From the NCBI GenBank assembly GCA_003235715.1, contig QJVM01000236.1, forward strand, positions 1 to 53,174: a stretch of 53,174 nt of DNA. The letters run 5' to 3'. Each line of letters starts with the position of its first letter. Within the stretch, counting starts at the first letter, position 1. Positions 21,132 to 31,478 of this stretch are shown here, piece after piece. The notes below the pieces were generated by a model, which saw nothing but the letters and a program-made list of their open reading frames with translations, did not search any database and was not told the origin of the DNA. The position numbers and the translations under genes are program-made. This DNA is from Nitrospirota bacterium (GTDB taxonomy: Bacteria; Nitrospirota; Thermodesulfovibrionia; SZUA-242).

Positions 21132-21794
21132 GTGAAATTGCCGCTGGCACCCGAAGGCTGGCCGTTTGTTCTGGCCTTTGCCCTGCTTGGGGTTCTGACC
21201 GCGGGACTGGTCCGGCCCTGGTTGTCGGTATTTCCGTTTCTGCTGATGGCCTTCATGGTCTTTTTCTTTCGGGATCCGGAAAGAACGGTACCGCCTGGGC
21301 CGGACACCGCGGTTTCAGCAGCGGACGGCCGGGTGATTAGTGTAAAGAGGGTCATGGAGGACGAGTACCTTCACCGGGAGATGACGAGGGTCTCGGTCTT
21401 TATGTCCCCCATGAATGTCCACGTGAACCGGGCTCCGTTGGCGGGCCGCGTGGAGAAGGTGGTCCACACCCCCGGGCGTTTCATGGCGGCCTATCGTGAC
21501 GAGGCCTCCATGGAGAATGAGCACCTCGACATGATTCTCACCGGAGAGGCCGGACCGATCCTGGTGAGGCAGGTGGCGGGTTTTCTGGCCCGAAGGGCGG
21601 TTTGCCGGGTGGGTCCGGGGGATTCGCTCTCCAAAGGGGAACGCTACGGGGTGATCAAGTTTGGTTCCCGACTGGATGTCTATCTTCCTCCTGACACGGA
21701 AATCCTTGTTCATAAAGACCAACGGGTCTATGCGGGCGAGACCGTTCTTGGGCGGCTCCCGGGTGCCGGCTCGGCCTCTGAGGGCAGCCTGTGA
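21132..21794 (+). CDS. psd: Phosphatidylserine decarboxylase proenzyme
   Basis: FFRDPER, SAADG, VHVNRAP, KFGSRLD self-cleavage motif. Confidence 0.93.
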   Translation: MKLPLAPEGWPFVLAFALLGVLTAGLVRPWLSVFPFLLMAFMVFFFRDPERTVPPGPDTAVSAADGRVISVKRVMEDEYLHREMTRVSVFMSPMNVHVNRAPLAGRVEKVVHTPGRFMAAYRDEASMENEHLDMILTGEAGPILVRQVAGFLARRAVCRVGPGDSLSKGERYGVIKFGSRLDVYLPPDTEILVHKDQRVYAGETVLGRLPGAGSASEGSL

Positions 21795-22513
21795 AGAAGG
21801 GGGTTTATGTTCTTCCAAACGGTCTCACCCTGTGCGGAATGTTTCTCGGTTTCTATTCCGTTCTGGCCTCTTTCAGGGGAGAGTACACGGTGGCGGCGTG
21901 GGCCATCCTTGGTGCCGGAGTGTTTGACGGCCTGGATGGATGGGTGGCGCGTCTCACCAACACAACCTCGCGGTTTGGAATTCAGCTGGACTCCCTCTCT
22001 GACCTTGTGGCCTTCGGGGTGGCGCCCTCGGTTCTTTTTTTCAGCTGGAGCCTGAAAGATTTTGGACGCCTTGGGTGGGCTGCGGCCTTTCTGGTGATTG
22101 CGTGCGGAGCCCTTCGTCTGGCCCGGTTCAACGTACAGATGGATACGGCGGAAAGCAAGTCCTTTACGGGAATGCCCATCCCCAGTGCCGCCGGAATTCT
22201 TGCCACGACGGTCCTTTTTCATTTTGACGTGTTCGATGGAAGGCCGGAACGCAACATCCTGTTTCTTCTCCTGGCTTTCACGGTGGCGTACCTCATGGTG
22301 AGCACCATCCGTTATCACAGTGCGAAGGAAATCAACCTGAGACAGAGGAAGCCCTTCTGGATCCTTGTGCTTTTCGTTGCCCTTTTCGCCCTCGTGACCG
22401 TTAACCCGCCGGTTGTGCTTTTTCTTTTCGGTATGGTGTATATGGCCTCCGGTGTTGCCGAATACCTTTATCTGAAAGCCAAACAGAAGAAGAGGGCCAA
22501 GGCCAACGCATGA
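21791..22513 (+). CDS. pssA: CDP-diacylglycerol--serine O-phosphatidyltransferase
   Basis: DGLDGWVAR...FGIQLDSLSD, LRLARFN, FTGMPIP. Confidence 0.95.
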   Translation: MKKGVYVLPNGLTLCGMFLGFYSVLASFRGEYTVAAWAILGAGVFDGLDGWVARLTNTTSRFGIQLDSLSDLVAFGVAPSVLFFSWSLKDFGRLGWAAAFLVIACGALRLARFNVQMDTAESKSFTGMPIPSAAGILATTVLFHFDVFDGRPERNILFLLLAFTVAYLMVSTIRYHSAKEINLRQRKPFWILVLFVALFALVTVNPPVVLFLFGMVYMASGVAEYLYLKAKQKKRAKANA

Positions 22514-24039
22514 GGACCATCCGTATCTTCGATACGACCCTGCGGGACGGGGAGCAGTCCCCGGGGGCGAGCATGAATGTGGACGAGAAGCTGCTGGTGG
22601 CCCGTCAGCTGGCCCGGCTCGGGGTGGACATCATCGAAGCGGGATTTGCCTTCAGTTCGAAGGGAGATTTTGAAGCAGTCCGAAGAATCGCAGAGGAAGT
22701 GGACGGGCCGGTCATCTGCAGCCTGGCACGGGCGCGGGAGGGAGATATTCGTGCGGCCTGGGACGCCTTGCGGAACGCTCCGCGCAAACGTATCCACACT
22801 TTTCATTCGACGTCGGACATCCATCTCCAATACCAGTACCGGATCAGCCGGGATGAAGCCCTCAAACGCTCCGTGGAAATGGTCCGTTTTGCCCGCTCCC
22901 TCGTGGACGATGTGGAGTTCTCTCCCATGGATGCCACTCGAACCGACGTGGATTTTCTTTGCGAGGTCACGCAGGCGGTCATCGAGGCGGGGGCGGGAAC
23001 GGTGAACATCCCCGATACCGTCGGGTACACGATTCCTGAAGAGTTCGGGCGCCTCTTCAAGACCCTGAGGACCCGGGTTTCGAATATCGATAAAGCCGTG
23101 CTTTCCATGCACTGCCATAACGATCTGGGGCTGGCGGTCTCGAATGCCCTTTCGGCGGTGCTGAATGGCGCCGGACAGGTGGAATGCACCATCAACGGAA
23201 TAGGGGAGCGGGCCGGGAACTGCTCCATGGAAGAAGTGGTCATGGCGCTCAGGACGCGGACGGACTTCTTCGAAGCCGATACGAATATCACTACGACCGA
23301 ATTCTTACGGACGAGCCGGCTGGTTTCCAAGATTACGGGGATTCCGGTACAACCGAACAAGGCGATTGTCGGGGATAACGCCTTTGCCCATGAAGCAGGC
23401 ATTCATACGGACGGACTCCTGAAGGAACGTACGACGTACGAGATCATCCGGCCCGAGAGTGTCGGATTCTCGCGGATTCACATCGTTCTGGGAAAACACT
23501 CAGGCCGTCACGCCTTCAAGTCCAGACTGGCCGAACTGGGGTATACCCTCTCGGACGAGGAGATCGACCGGGCCTTCGAGAGGTTCAAGGAGCTGGCGGA
23601 CCGGAAGAAGGAGGTCTATGACGAGGAGCTTGAGACACTGGTTTCCGACGGGGTTTCCCGGACAGGGCAGGTGTACCGGTTGGAGGACCTTTCGGTCAGC
23701 AGTGGCATGGGCCGCACTCCCGAGGCCCGGGTGCGGATATTGACCCCTTCCGGGCCAGAGGAGAAAAAGGCCACCGGGGACGGGCCGGTGGACGCTGCGT
23801 ACCGGGCGATCGCGGAGATTACGAAAACCCAAAGCAAACTTCAGAAGTTTGAGGTCAAGGCCATAACGGGCGGGACCGATGCGCTCGGAGAGGTGACCGT
23901 GGTGCTTGAACAGGGAGAGGTCACGGCACGTGGCCATGGCGCCGATACGGACATCATTGTGGCCGCGGCCAAGGCCTACCTTTCCGCCATCAACCGATTG
24001 AGGGCCACGGCCGGCGAATCCGGAACCGGAATGCCCTGA
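22510..24039 (+). CDS. leuA: 2-isopropylmalate synthase
   Basis: DTTLRDGEQSPG, HCHNDLG, GERAGN, LGKHSGRHA, C-terminal regulatory domain. Confidence 0.96.
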   Translation: MRTIRIFDTTLRDGEQSPGASMNVDEKLLVARQLARLGVDIIEAGFAFSSKGDFEAVRRIAEEVDGPVICSLARAREGDIRAAWDALRNAPRKRIHTFHSTSDIHLQYQYRISRDEALKRSVEMVRFARSLVDDVEFSPMDATRTDVDFLCEVTQAVIEAGAGTVNIPDTVGYTIPEEFGRLFKTLRTRVSNIDKAVLSMHCHNDLGLAVSNALSAVLNGAGQVECTINGIGERAGNCSMEEVVMALRTRTDFFEADTNITTTEFLRTSRLVSKITGIPVQPNKAIVGDNAFAHEAGIHTDGLLKERTTYEIIRPESVGFSRIHIVLGKHSGRHAFKSRLAELGYTLSDEEIDRAFERFKELADRKKEVYDEELETLVSDGVSRTGQVYRLEDLSVSSGMGRTPEARVRILTPSGPEEKKATGDGPVDAAYRAIAEITKTQSKLQKFEVKAITGGTDALGEVTVVLEQGEVTARGHGADTDIIVAAAKAYLSAINRLRATAGESGTGMP

Positions 24040-24184
24040 TATCCGGCTCCGGTCGTGGTCCGCCGGGAACCCCTTCCGAAACCCTCCCGGGGGTTCGGCG
24101 TGTTGATACCAGGGGAGTGGCTATGTCTAAAATATCTACTGAAGGATAGCTGCGGAGAACATGTGAAAAGGGGCTCACGCTTTC

Positions 24185-25465
24185 ATGGCCTTAACGCTCG
24201 TTGAAAAGATATTCAATTCTCATCTCCGGGACGAACCCTTTCCCGGGACCAAGGTGCTGGACCTGGATGTGGTCATGTGCCACGAAATCACTACGCCCAT
24301 CGCGATCAACGACTTGATGGCTCGTGGGCTGGACCGGGTGTTTGACGCCTCGAAGATCAAGGTTGTCATCGATCACGTGACTCCGGCCAAGGATTCGAAG
24401 ACGGCGCAACAGGCAAAAATCCTGAGGGATTGGGCGCGCCGGCAACGCATTCATGATTTCTTTGATGTAGGGCGCAACGGCGTCTGCCATGCCCTGTTTC
24501 CGGAGAAGGGTTTTATTCGGCCGGGTTTCACCGTCATTATGGGGGACTCCCATACGTGTACTCATGGCGCCTTTGGCGCCTTTGCCGCGGGCGTTGGAAC
24601 TACGGACCTTGAGGTCGGCCTCCTGAAGGGCGTTTGTGCCTTTCGCGAGCCCCGGACCCTGCGTATTCATGTTTCGGGAACCCTGCCGGAACATACCTAT
24701 GCCAAGGATGTCATCCTGAAGGTGATTCAGACCCTGACCGTGAATGGGGCGACCGATCGTGTTATCGAATTCGGCGGACCGGTCGTTGAGGCCATGTCCA
24801 TGGAGAGCCGGATGACCCTGTGCAACATGGCGGTTGAGGCCGGGGGAACCTCGGGAGTTTGTATGCCGGACATGACCACGGTGAAATACCTCTGGCCCTT
24901 CGTCGAAAAGGAGTATGAGAGTCCGGAAGCGGCCCTGCAGGATTTCAGCCAATGGCGCTCAGATGAGGGATGCCGCTACGAGCAGGAACTGCAGATCGAC
25001 GTTACGGATCTGGAACCCATGGTGACCGATGACTTCAAACCCGATCAGGTCAGGCCTGTCTCTGAAATGGAAGGACGCCCGGTGGATCAGGTCTATATCG
25101 GGTCCTGCACCAACGGACGTCTCGAAGACCTGCGGGTGGCCGCGAAGTTCCTGGAAGGCCAGACCATTGCCCCTTCGGTTAGAGGCATTCTCTCACCGGC
25201 CACCCCCAAGATTTTCCGTGATGCAGAGGACGAGGGACTGATTCGCATCTTCCTGGATTCGGGATTCTGCGTGACCAACCCCACCTGCGGGGCCTGCCTG
25301 GGCATGAGCAACGGCGTTCTTGCTCCGGGGGAGGTGTGCGCGGCAACCACGAACCGGAATTTCAACGGCCGCATGGGAAAAGGGGGCATGGTGCACCTCA
25401 TGAGTCCGGCCACGGCGGCCGCGACGGCCCTGCGCGGCGTGATCACTGATCCGCGTAAACTCTGA
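24185..25465 (+). CDS. leuC: 3-isopropylmalate dehydratase large subunit
   Basis: DSHTCTHGAFG, IGSCTNGR, CGACLG, TNRNF.GRMG. Confidence 0.95.
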   Translation: MALTLVEKIFNSHLRDEPFPGTKVLDLDVVMCHEITTPIAINDLMARGLDRVFDASKIKVVIDHVTPAKDSKTAQQAKILRDWARRQRIHDFFDVGRNGVCHALFPEKGFIRPGFTVIMGDSHTCTHGAFGAFAAGVGTTDLEVGLLKGVCAFREPRTLRIHVSGTLPEHTYAKDVILKVIQTLTVNGATDRVIEFGGPVVEAMSMESRMTLCNMAVEAGGTSGVCMPDMTTVKYLWPFVEKEYESPEAALQDFSQWRSDEGCRYEQELQIDVTDLEPMVTDDFKPDQVRPVSEMEGRPVDQVYIGSCTNGRLEDLRVAAKFLEGQTIAPSVRGILSPATPKIFRDAEDEGLIRIFLDSGFCVTNPTCGACLGMSNGVLAPGEVCAATTNRNFNGRMGKGGMVHLMSPATAAATALRGVITDPRKL

Positions 25466-25519
25466 AACCTACGGCTCTTCGGAACAGGGGAGACATCTTT
25501 AGCAGGAAAGGATTTAGGG

Positions 25520-26044
25520 ATGAAATCTTTTGGCGGCCCGGTTCTGTTTCTGGACCGAACCGATATCAATACGGATGAAATCATTCCGGCCCGTTACCTG
25601 ACGGAGATTTCCAGGGAGGCCCTGGGCCCGCATCTGCTCGAGGACTTGAAGCTCGAGGGCTTCGATCCAAAGGGGGACGCCATTCGAAACGCCCGGGTGA
25701 TCGTAGCCCGCCGGAATTTCGGGTGCGGGTCATCGAGGGAACACGCGCCCTGGGCTCTCGAGGCCAACGGCATCACGGCGGTCATCGCACCGAGTTTCGC
25801 CAGGATTTTCAGGCAGAACATGTTCAACGGAGGGCTCCTGGCCCTGGAACTTCCCGAGACGGCCGTAGACCTTCTCTTTCAGTTCCGGAAAGAACAGGCG
25901 GAGATATCGTTTGATCTTGAGGGGCAACGCCTCACCATCGCGGCGGGCGGGCATCAGGAGGAAATTGCTTTCTCGCTTGCCGGTTTTGACCGCACCTTGG
26001 TGGAGGCGGAAGGTTGGTTGGGATTTGCCGCCGCCCGTTATTGA
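25520..26044 (+). CDS. leuD: 3-isopropylmalate dehydratase small subunit
   Basis: INTDEIIPA, NFGCGSSREHA, SFARIF. Confidence 0.95.
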   Translation: MKSFGGPVLFLDRTDINTDEIIPARYLTEISREALGPHLLEDLKLEGFDPKGDAIRNARVIVARRNFGCGSSREHAPWALEANGITAVIAPSFARIFRQNMFNGGLLALELPETAVDLLFQFRKEQAEISFDLEGQRLTIAAGGHQEEIAFSLAGFDRTLVEAEGWLGFAAARY

Positions 26045-26289
26045 TGGTGGGGCAGGGTTTCCCAAAGGAAGGAGAGGGTTCAAATTCTCCGCGGCTGCGG
26101 GAAGATATCTGCTCCGGTTGTGTTTACGCATCGGAACAGATAGACCCTGAGGAGTTTGCGTCCGAAGGCGCGTGCGGTCTCGGTTGCACGCCGGGGGATG
26201 AACTCTGCGTGGAGATGAGAACGCGTGACTGCAGCCTGCGAAGGAAGCCTGTTGCGCCGTTAGGGCCCGGCAGGTGTTCCGGGCCCTGA
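26044..26289 (+). CDS. Small Cys-rich hypothetical protein (81 aa)
   Basis: ATG overlaps the leuD stop (TGATG); 7 Cys including CxxC and CxxxC; overlaps the convergent gene by 30 nt. Confidence 0.5.
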   Translation: MVGQGFPKEGEGSNSPRLREDICSGCVYASEQIDPEEFASEGACGLGCTPGDELCVEMRTRDCSLRRKPVAPLGPGRCSGP

Positions 26290-26820
26290 ATCGAACGATA
26301 CATCCGACCCGACAGCCTTTCCGTAACGGTCGGCCTCATCCAGCTTCCGGAGGGAGTCCAGTATGAGGTGGCCGCTGCCCAGCCGCACGGGGCCTCCCCG
26401 AATCAGGCCGGGAATGGGTCCCCCTACCATGAATCTTCCTTTTCCGGACCCGATGACACCGACGAGAATGGTTTCGGCCAGACCGGCCAGGCTGTTCGTG
26501 AGTGTTTCGAGCGTGGCCAGGCGGGAGTCAATCAGATACTGGGTGAAGCATACGCCAAGCTTGCGGCTCTCCAGGAGGGCCGTCTTCATGGCGCCAGCTT
26601 CAAGCTGTCCCACCCGGGTCAGGTATTCGCCGAATCGCTCCTGGGCATGGTCGGACGAACAGAAAATGATCTGGCCATTCTCGAAGTAGAAAGATCTTGT
26701 GGCCGATGCGTCGTCAATGCCGGTAACAGAGAGAATACAGGACTTGCGAACCTGTTCGATCCACTGGAGCAGGTCGGGCAAGGGCATGAACGTCAGGTCT
26801 CCTTCAAGGTAAATGTTCAT
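26260..26820 (-). CDS. DUF4388 domain protein
   Basis: LEGDL..MPLPDLLQW, YFENGQI, RFGEYL, ILDSLRKLDE. Confidence 0.8.
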   Translation of the reverse strand: MNIYLEGDLTFMPLPDLLQWIEQVRKSCILSVTGIDDASATRSFYFENGQIIFCSSDHAQERFGEYLTRVGQLEAGAMKTALLESRKLGVCFTQYLIDSRLATLETLTNSLAGLAETILVGVIGSGKGRFMVGGPIPGLIRGGPVRLGSGHLILDSLRKLDEADRYGKAVGSDVSFDSGPGTPAGP

Positions 26821-27168
26821 GTTTGGATACGGGAACTCGGCCTGGTCTTTAGAGGGCCATTTGCCGCTCCTCGCAGGAAGGACAATGGCCGGGGGTCGGC
26901 GTGGGGAGGGAAGCGCCTTCCTTTATGCCCTCTGTTCCGGACATTGGTCATGGACATGTAACCCGTTGCTTTCGCATAATAATAACCCGCCGAATAGGCA
27001 GGGGAAGGGGCAGGCTGGGGCCCTATTATACGGAATTGCCTCTCGGTCGTCGAATTCTGTTGTCATTCAGGGACGTGACTTGGAAGAATCCTCAATGACC
27101 GTACGGTTTCGACTGCGCGAGGGCTATCAAACGGACCTGATATTCCAGGGGCAAGGAGAAAGAGCGTA

Positions 27169-28482
27169 TTGAAGAGAAACATCGTAAACATCGGTATCGT
27201 GGGATTTGGTACGGTCGGGTCTGGGCTGGTCTCGATCCTTCTTGACCCGAAAAGCGAACTTTCGAAGAAGCTGGGTTTCGACCTTCGCATCAAACGGATT
27301 GCAGACAAGGACACTACACGGGACAGAGGCATCACGCTTCCTCCCGGGCTTCTGACCCATGACGTCTCAACCATCGTGGAGGACCCCGAGATCGACATTG
27401 TTGTCGAACTCGTGGGCGGGACAACGTTTGCCAAGGACATCATCCTGAAGGCGATCAAGGCCGGAAAGCAGGTCGTGACTGCCAATAAAGCGCTTCTGGC
27501 CCTGGAGGGCAATGAGGTCTTCGAGGCGGCCGGGAAGATGGGCGTGGACGTTGGGTTTGAGGCTTCAGTGGCGGGGGGGATTCCTATCATCAAAGTGATG
27601 AAGGAAGGGCTCGTGGCCAACCGGATTCAGTCCGTTTACGGGATTATCAACGGAACGGCGAATTTTATCCTCTCCAAAATGACGGAGGAAGGGGCCTCCT
27701 TCAACGATGTGCTGGCTGAAGCTCAGCGTTTGGGCTATGCCGAGGCCGACCCGACCTTTGATGTGGAGGGAGTGGACTCGGCCCACAAGTTGGCGATCCT
27801 GGCCAGTCTCGCCTTTGGGATCCCGCTTTCATACCATTCCCAGTACGTGGAAGGCATTTCGCGGATCACGCCGCTCGACATCGCGTTTGCTTCAGAGTTC
27901 GGATACAAGATCAAGTTGCTTGGAATAGCCAAGAGCGACGGTCATGAGGTCGAATTGCGCGTGCATCCGACGATGTTGCCCAGGGACCAGATGCTGGCCA
28001 AGGTCGACGGTGTGTTCAATGCCCTTTACATAGAGAGCGATGCGGTTGGCCCGACGATGTACTATGGTCGAGGGGCCGGGGCCCGACCGACGGGAAGCGC
28101 TGTTCTGGCGGACATCGTGGATATTGCCCGGAATCTGAGGCATGGCATCACCGCCCGCGTTCCCGCCTTCGGCCGACCGGCCAACGAGCCCTTTAAGGTT
28201 CGGAAGATGAGCGACGTTACCTCCTGTTACTATTTCAGGTTCTCGGTACACGATAAACCCGGGGTGTTGAGCAAGATATCGGGAGTCCTGGGCCAACACG
28301 ACATCAGTATTGAGTCCGTTATCCAGAAAGGCCGGAAGGAAGGCGGTTCGGTGCCTCTGGTGATCCTGACCCACGAGGCGGTCGAGCACAATGTGAAAAC
28401 GGCCCTTGAGGAGATCAGGAGATTGTCGGTGGTCGAGGCCGACGCCATGATGATTCGTGTGGAAGGAGCCAACGGGCGCTGA
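27169..28482 (+). CDS. hom: Homoserine dehydrogenase with C-terminal ACT domain
   Basis: GFGTVG, VTANK, FEASVAGGIP, GYAEADP, GRGAG, DKPGVL. Confidence 0.97.
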   Translation: MKRNIVNIGIVGFGTVGSGLVSILLDPKSELSKKLGFDLRIKRIADKDTTRDRGITLPPGLLTHDVSTIVEDPEIDIVVELVGGTTFAKDIILKAIKAGKQVVTANKALLALEGNEVFEAAGKMGVDVGFEASVAGGIPIIKVMKEGLVANRIQSVYGIINGTANFILSKMTEEGASFNDVLAEAQRLGYAEADPTFDVEGVDSAHKLAILASLAFGIPLSYHSQYVEGISRITPLDIAFASEFGYKIKLLGIAKSDGHEVELRVHPTMLPRDQMLAKVDGVFNALYIESDAVGPTMYYGRGAGARPTGSAVLADIVDIARNLRHGITARVPAFGRPANEPFKVRKMSDVTSCYYFRFSVHDKPGVLSKISGVLGQHDISIESVIQKGRKEGGSVPLVILTHEAVEHNVKTALEEIRRLSVVEADAMMIRVEGANGR

Positions 28483-28560
28483 CTGGAGAGGGTTCGGCGC
28501 GCGGAGTTTTCAGGGTTCCGGACCTGGGAGGAAGCGAAAACGGACGTCAGGGGAGAGACC

Positions 28561-28806
28561 ATGTCGGGCGTAAAGGTGGCAAAGAAGATCGATATCCGCG
28601 GGCTTGTGTGTCCGTATACGTTCGTAAAATCCAAACTGGCCATCGAGACCATGGAAGTCGGTGAGGTCCTGGAGATTCTTTTGGACTACGAGGAGGCCTT
28701 GAGCAGCATACCGAACTCCATGAGGGACCATGGTCACACCGTTCTGGAGGTGGATAAGGTGTCAGAGGGCCAGTGGATCATTCAGGTCAGGAAGGACAGG
28801 GACTGA
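28561..28806 (+). CDS. TusA/SirA-family sulfur relay protein
   Basis: DIRGLVCPY N-terminal motif, GEVLEIL, 81 aa. Confidence 0.88.
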   Translation: MSGVKVAKKIDIRGLVCPYTFVKSKLAIETMEVGEVLEILLDYEEALSSIPNSMRDHGHTVLEVDKVSEGQWIIQVRKDRD

Positions 28807-28807
28807 A

Positions 28808-29608
28808 GTGGATTTCAACGAGGAACAGCTGCTGCGGTACAGTCGCCACATCATTCTTCCGGAAGTCGGCGGTAAGGGCCAGTCCCGAATTCAAAAGGCG
28901 AGGGTCTTTATGGTGGGCGCGGGCGGGCTGGGAAGCCCGGTAGGATACTACCTTTCAGCAGCGGGCATCGGGACCCTGGGTATCGTGGATAATGACCGGG
29001 TCGAGATCAGCAATCTTCAGAGGCAGATTGCACACAGCATGAATACCCTCGGGAAATACAAGGGAGATTCAGCCAAAGCCACTTTCGAGGCACTGAATCC
29101 GGATGTTCGTGTCATCCCGATCAAGGAGCGACTGAGCAAGGACAATATTCTCGATCTGATTCACGATTACGACATTGTGGTTGACGGGAGCGATAATTTT
29201 CCGACCCGCTATCTGGTGAACGATGCCTGTGTTCTGACGGGCAAGCCCCTCGTCAGCGGGGCGATTCTCCGCTTCGAAGGACAGGTCACCACCATCGTCC
29301 CTGGAAAGGGACACTGTTACCGATGTCTCTTCGAGGAACCTCCCCCGCCGGGGCTCGTTCCCTCGTGTCAGGAAGCAGGCGTACTGGGGGCCCTGCCGGG
29401 GGTTATCGGAGGTCTCCAGGCCCTGGAGGTCCTCAAACTTGTTCTTGGCAAGGGTGAACCGCTGGCCGGGAAGCTGTTGATCTTCGACGCCCTGAAGACC
29501 ACGTTTCGTACGGTCCGGGTCCCTAGAAATCCAAACTGTCCGGTCTGCGGCTCCAACCCGACCATCACGGAACTCCAGGACTATTCGCAGGATGTCTGCA
29601 GCCTCTGA
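28808..29608 (+). CDS. MoeB/ThiF-family adenylyltransferase (E1-like) without a rhodanese domain
   Basis: RYSRHI, GAGGLG, SNLQRQ, DNFPTR, CYRC, PSCQEAG, CPVC; GTG start 1 nt after the TusA stop. Confidence 0.93.
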   Translation: MDFNEEQLLRYSRHIILPEVGGKGQSRIQKARVFMVGAGGLGSPVGYYLSAAGIGTLGIVDNDRVEISNLQRQIAHSMNTLGKYKGDSAKATFEALNPDVRVIPIKERLSKDNILDLIHDYDIVVDGSDNFPTRYLVNDACVLTGKPLVSGAILRFEGQVTTIVPGKGHCYRCLFEEPPPPGLVPSCQEAGVLGALPGVIGGLQALEVLKLVLGKGEPLAGKLLIFDALKTTFRTVRVPRNPNCPVCGSNPTITELQDYSQDVCSL

Positions 29609-30053
29609 AGGGGCCGATTCCTTTCTGGAAGAAGGCCGTCGCCGGAGGATTGTGCTTCGCACGGACCAGGCGGCGCGACTTCTCAAACTGGCCCTGAAGG
29701 GGCTGCCCAACGAGGTCTGTGGTTTCCTTGCCGGAGTCTCTGAAACTGTTGAAGAAATCATTCCGGTTACGAATGCAGAACCCTCACCGGTGTGTTATCT
29801 TATGCATTCAGCCGAGCAGTTTCGGGCCATGAAGATAATGAGGGACAAGGGCCTGGAAATGGTTGGAATCTACCACTCGCACCCGGTCAGTCCCGCGTAT
29901 CCCTCGGCCCGGGATGTAGAACGGGCCGCCTATCCGGATTGTGTTTATCTGATCATCGGGATTGGGCGCGATGGGACCGAAATAAGGGGTTTCCGCATCG
30001 AGGACCGAGCCGTTGCCGAGGTTGAGGTCGTGGTTCAGGACCCCGTGGAGTAA
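29592..30053 (+). CDS. JAB/MPN+ (M67, Mec-like) metallopeptidase
   Basis: PNEVCG...YHSHP...PS..D JAMM motif. Confidence 0.9.
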   Translation: MSAASEGADSFLEEGRRRRIVLRTDQAARLLKLALKGLPNEVCGFLAGVSETVEEIIPVTNAEPSPVCYLMHSAEQFRAMKIMRDKGLEMVGIYHSHPVSPAYPSARDVERAAYPDCVYLIIGIGRDGTEIRGFRIEDRAVAEVEVVVQDPVE

Positions 30054-30163
30054 GGATCCCCGGTTTGACCGTTGGCCGGAATCCCCGGGCGGGCGGCCGG
30101 TTCCTCCGGATTCGGGGAGATAATAGAGATTATAAAAGCGCTTCGGCGCTCGGGGAGACGGTT

Positions 30164-31405
30164 ATGGCTCACGTAAAGGGACTGCGGTGTCGGGAATGCT
30201 CGAGGGATTATCCCATTGAGCCCATCTACGTCTGCGAGTTCTGTTTTGGTCCGCTCGAGGTCGTCTACGACTACGAATCGATCCGCGGAGTGCTTACCCG
30301 TGATGAGATACGGTCACGTCCTCAGAACCTCTGGAGATACCGGGAGCTTCTGCCGGTCGAGGGCGAACCGGTAGTGGGCAAGCAGTCGGGGTTCACCCCT
30401 CTCATCAAGGCCGATCGACTGGCAAGGGCCATCGGGGTCGATGAACTCTATATCAAGGACGATACCGTAACGCACCCCACGCTGTCGTTCAAGGATCGGG
30501 TCGTTTCTGTGGCCTTGTCCAAAGCCTCAGAATTCGGCTTCGATACTGTGGCCTGCGCCTCCACCGGGAATCTGGCTCATGCCGTCGCGGCTCAGGGAGC
30601 GGCCGGTGGGTTCCGACGGTTCGTCTTCATCCCGGCGACACTCGAACGGAGCAAGATCGTGGCTTCGCTGGCCTACGAACCTAACGTCATGGCCGTGGAA
30701 GGCAATTACGACGATGTAAACCGGTTGTGCAGCGAGATTGCGAACAAGTACCGGTGGGCTTTTGTGAACATCAACATTCGGCCGTATTATGCGGAAGGAT
30801 CCAAAACCCAGGGGCATGAGATCTGCGAGCAACTGGGGTGGAAAGCTCCGGACCATGTGGTGGTTCCCTGTGCAAGCGGTTCCCTGCTCACCAAGATTTG
30901 GAAGAGTTTCGAGGAAATGCACAAACTGGACCTTATCCCTGAACTGAGGAGCAAGGTCTTTGCGGCACAGCCCACGGGTTGTTCCCCGATTTCTGTAGCG
31001 GTCAAGACACAAAGCGAGGTGATCCGTCCGGTCAAACCCGATACCATTGCCCGGTCGCTTGCGATTGGGAACCCGGCCGACGGCTATTATGCCTCGCGCG
31101 TCGTCCATAACACGGGAGGATGGGCAGAGGATGCCACAGACCAGGAGATCGTGGACGCCATGAAGCTTCTGGCGAGGACAGAGGGTATCTTTGCGGAGAC
31201 CGCGGGAGGGGTGACCCTGGCCTGCGCTATAAAGCTCCTTCAGTCCGGAAAGCTTCCTCGGGAAGGCTCCACGGTTTTGTGCATCACGGGGAACGGCATG
31301 AAGACGAAGGAGGCCCTTGACGGCCAGGTGGACAACCCGCACCGGATCAAACCCAACCTCGGGAGTTTCGAGGAGGTCTTGTCCCGGATCGGGGACCACG
31401 GCTGA
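30164..31405 (+). CDS. Threonine synthase-like PLP enzyme, candidate O-phosphohomoserine sulfhydrylase
   Basis: N-terminal CxxC..CxxC, PTLSFKDR (PLP Lys), ASTGN, NINIRPYYAEGSKT, ITGNGMKT. Confidence 0.88.
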   Translation: MAHVKGLRCRECSRDYPIEPIYVCEFCFGPLEVVYDYESIRGVLTRDEIRSRPQNLWRYRELLPVEGEPVVGKQSGFTPLIKADRLARAIGVDELYIKDDTVTHPTLSFKDRVVSVALSKASEFGFDTVACASTGNLAHAVAAQGAAGGFRRFVFIPATLERSKIVASLAYEPNVMAVEGNYDDVNRLCSEIANKYRWAFVNINIRPYYAEGSKTQGHEICEQLGWKAPDHVVVPCASGSLLTKIWKSFEEMHKLDLIPELRSKVFAAQPTGCSPISVAVKTQSEVIRPVKPDTIARSLAIGNPADGYYASRVVHNTGGWAEDATDQEIVDAMKLLARTEGIFAETAGGVTLACAIKLLQSGKLPREGSTVLCITGNGMKTKEALDGQVDNPHRIKPNLGSFEEVLSRIGDHG

Positions 31406-31478
31406 GGACGGGTTCCAAGAGGACTTCATAAATAGAGAGACGGTCAGGTTCAATCTGGCTGGGAAGGAGGAAACAACT

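Noticed and set aside
24162-24179. TGTGA-N8-TCACG upstream of leuC as a CRP/Rex-like site
   Set aside because: The spacing does not fit the N6 consensus and there is only one imperfect instance.
26821-27168. Possible SAM riboswitch or T-box leader before hom
   Set aside because: I could not find the core SAM-I or T-box motifs by eye; an Rfam scan would be needed to exclude them fully.
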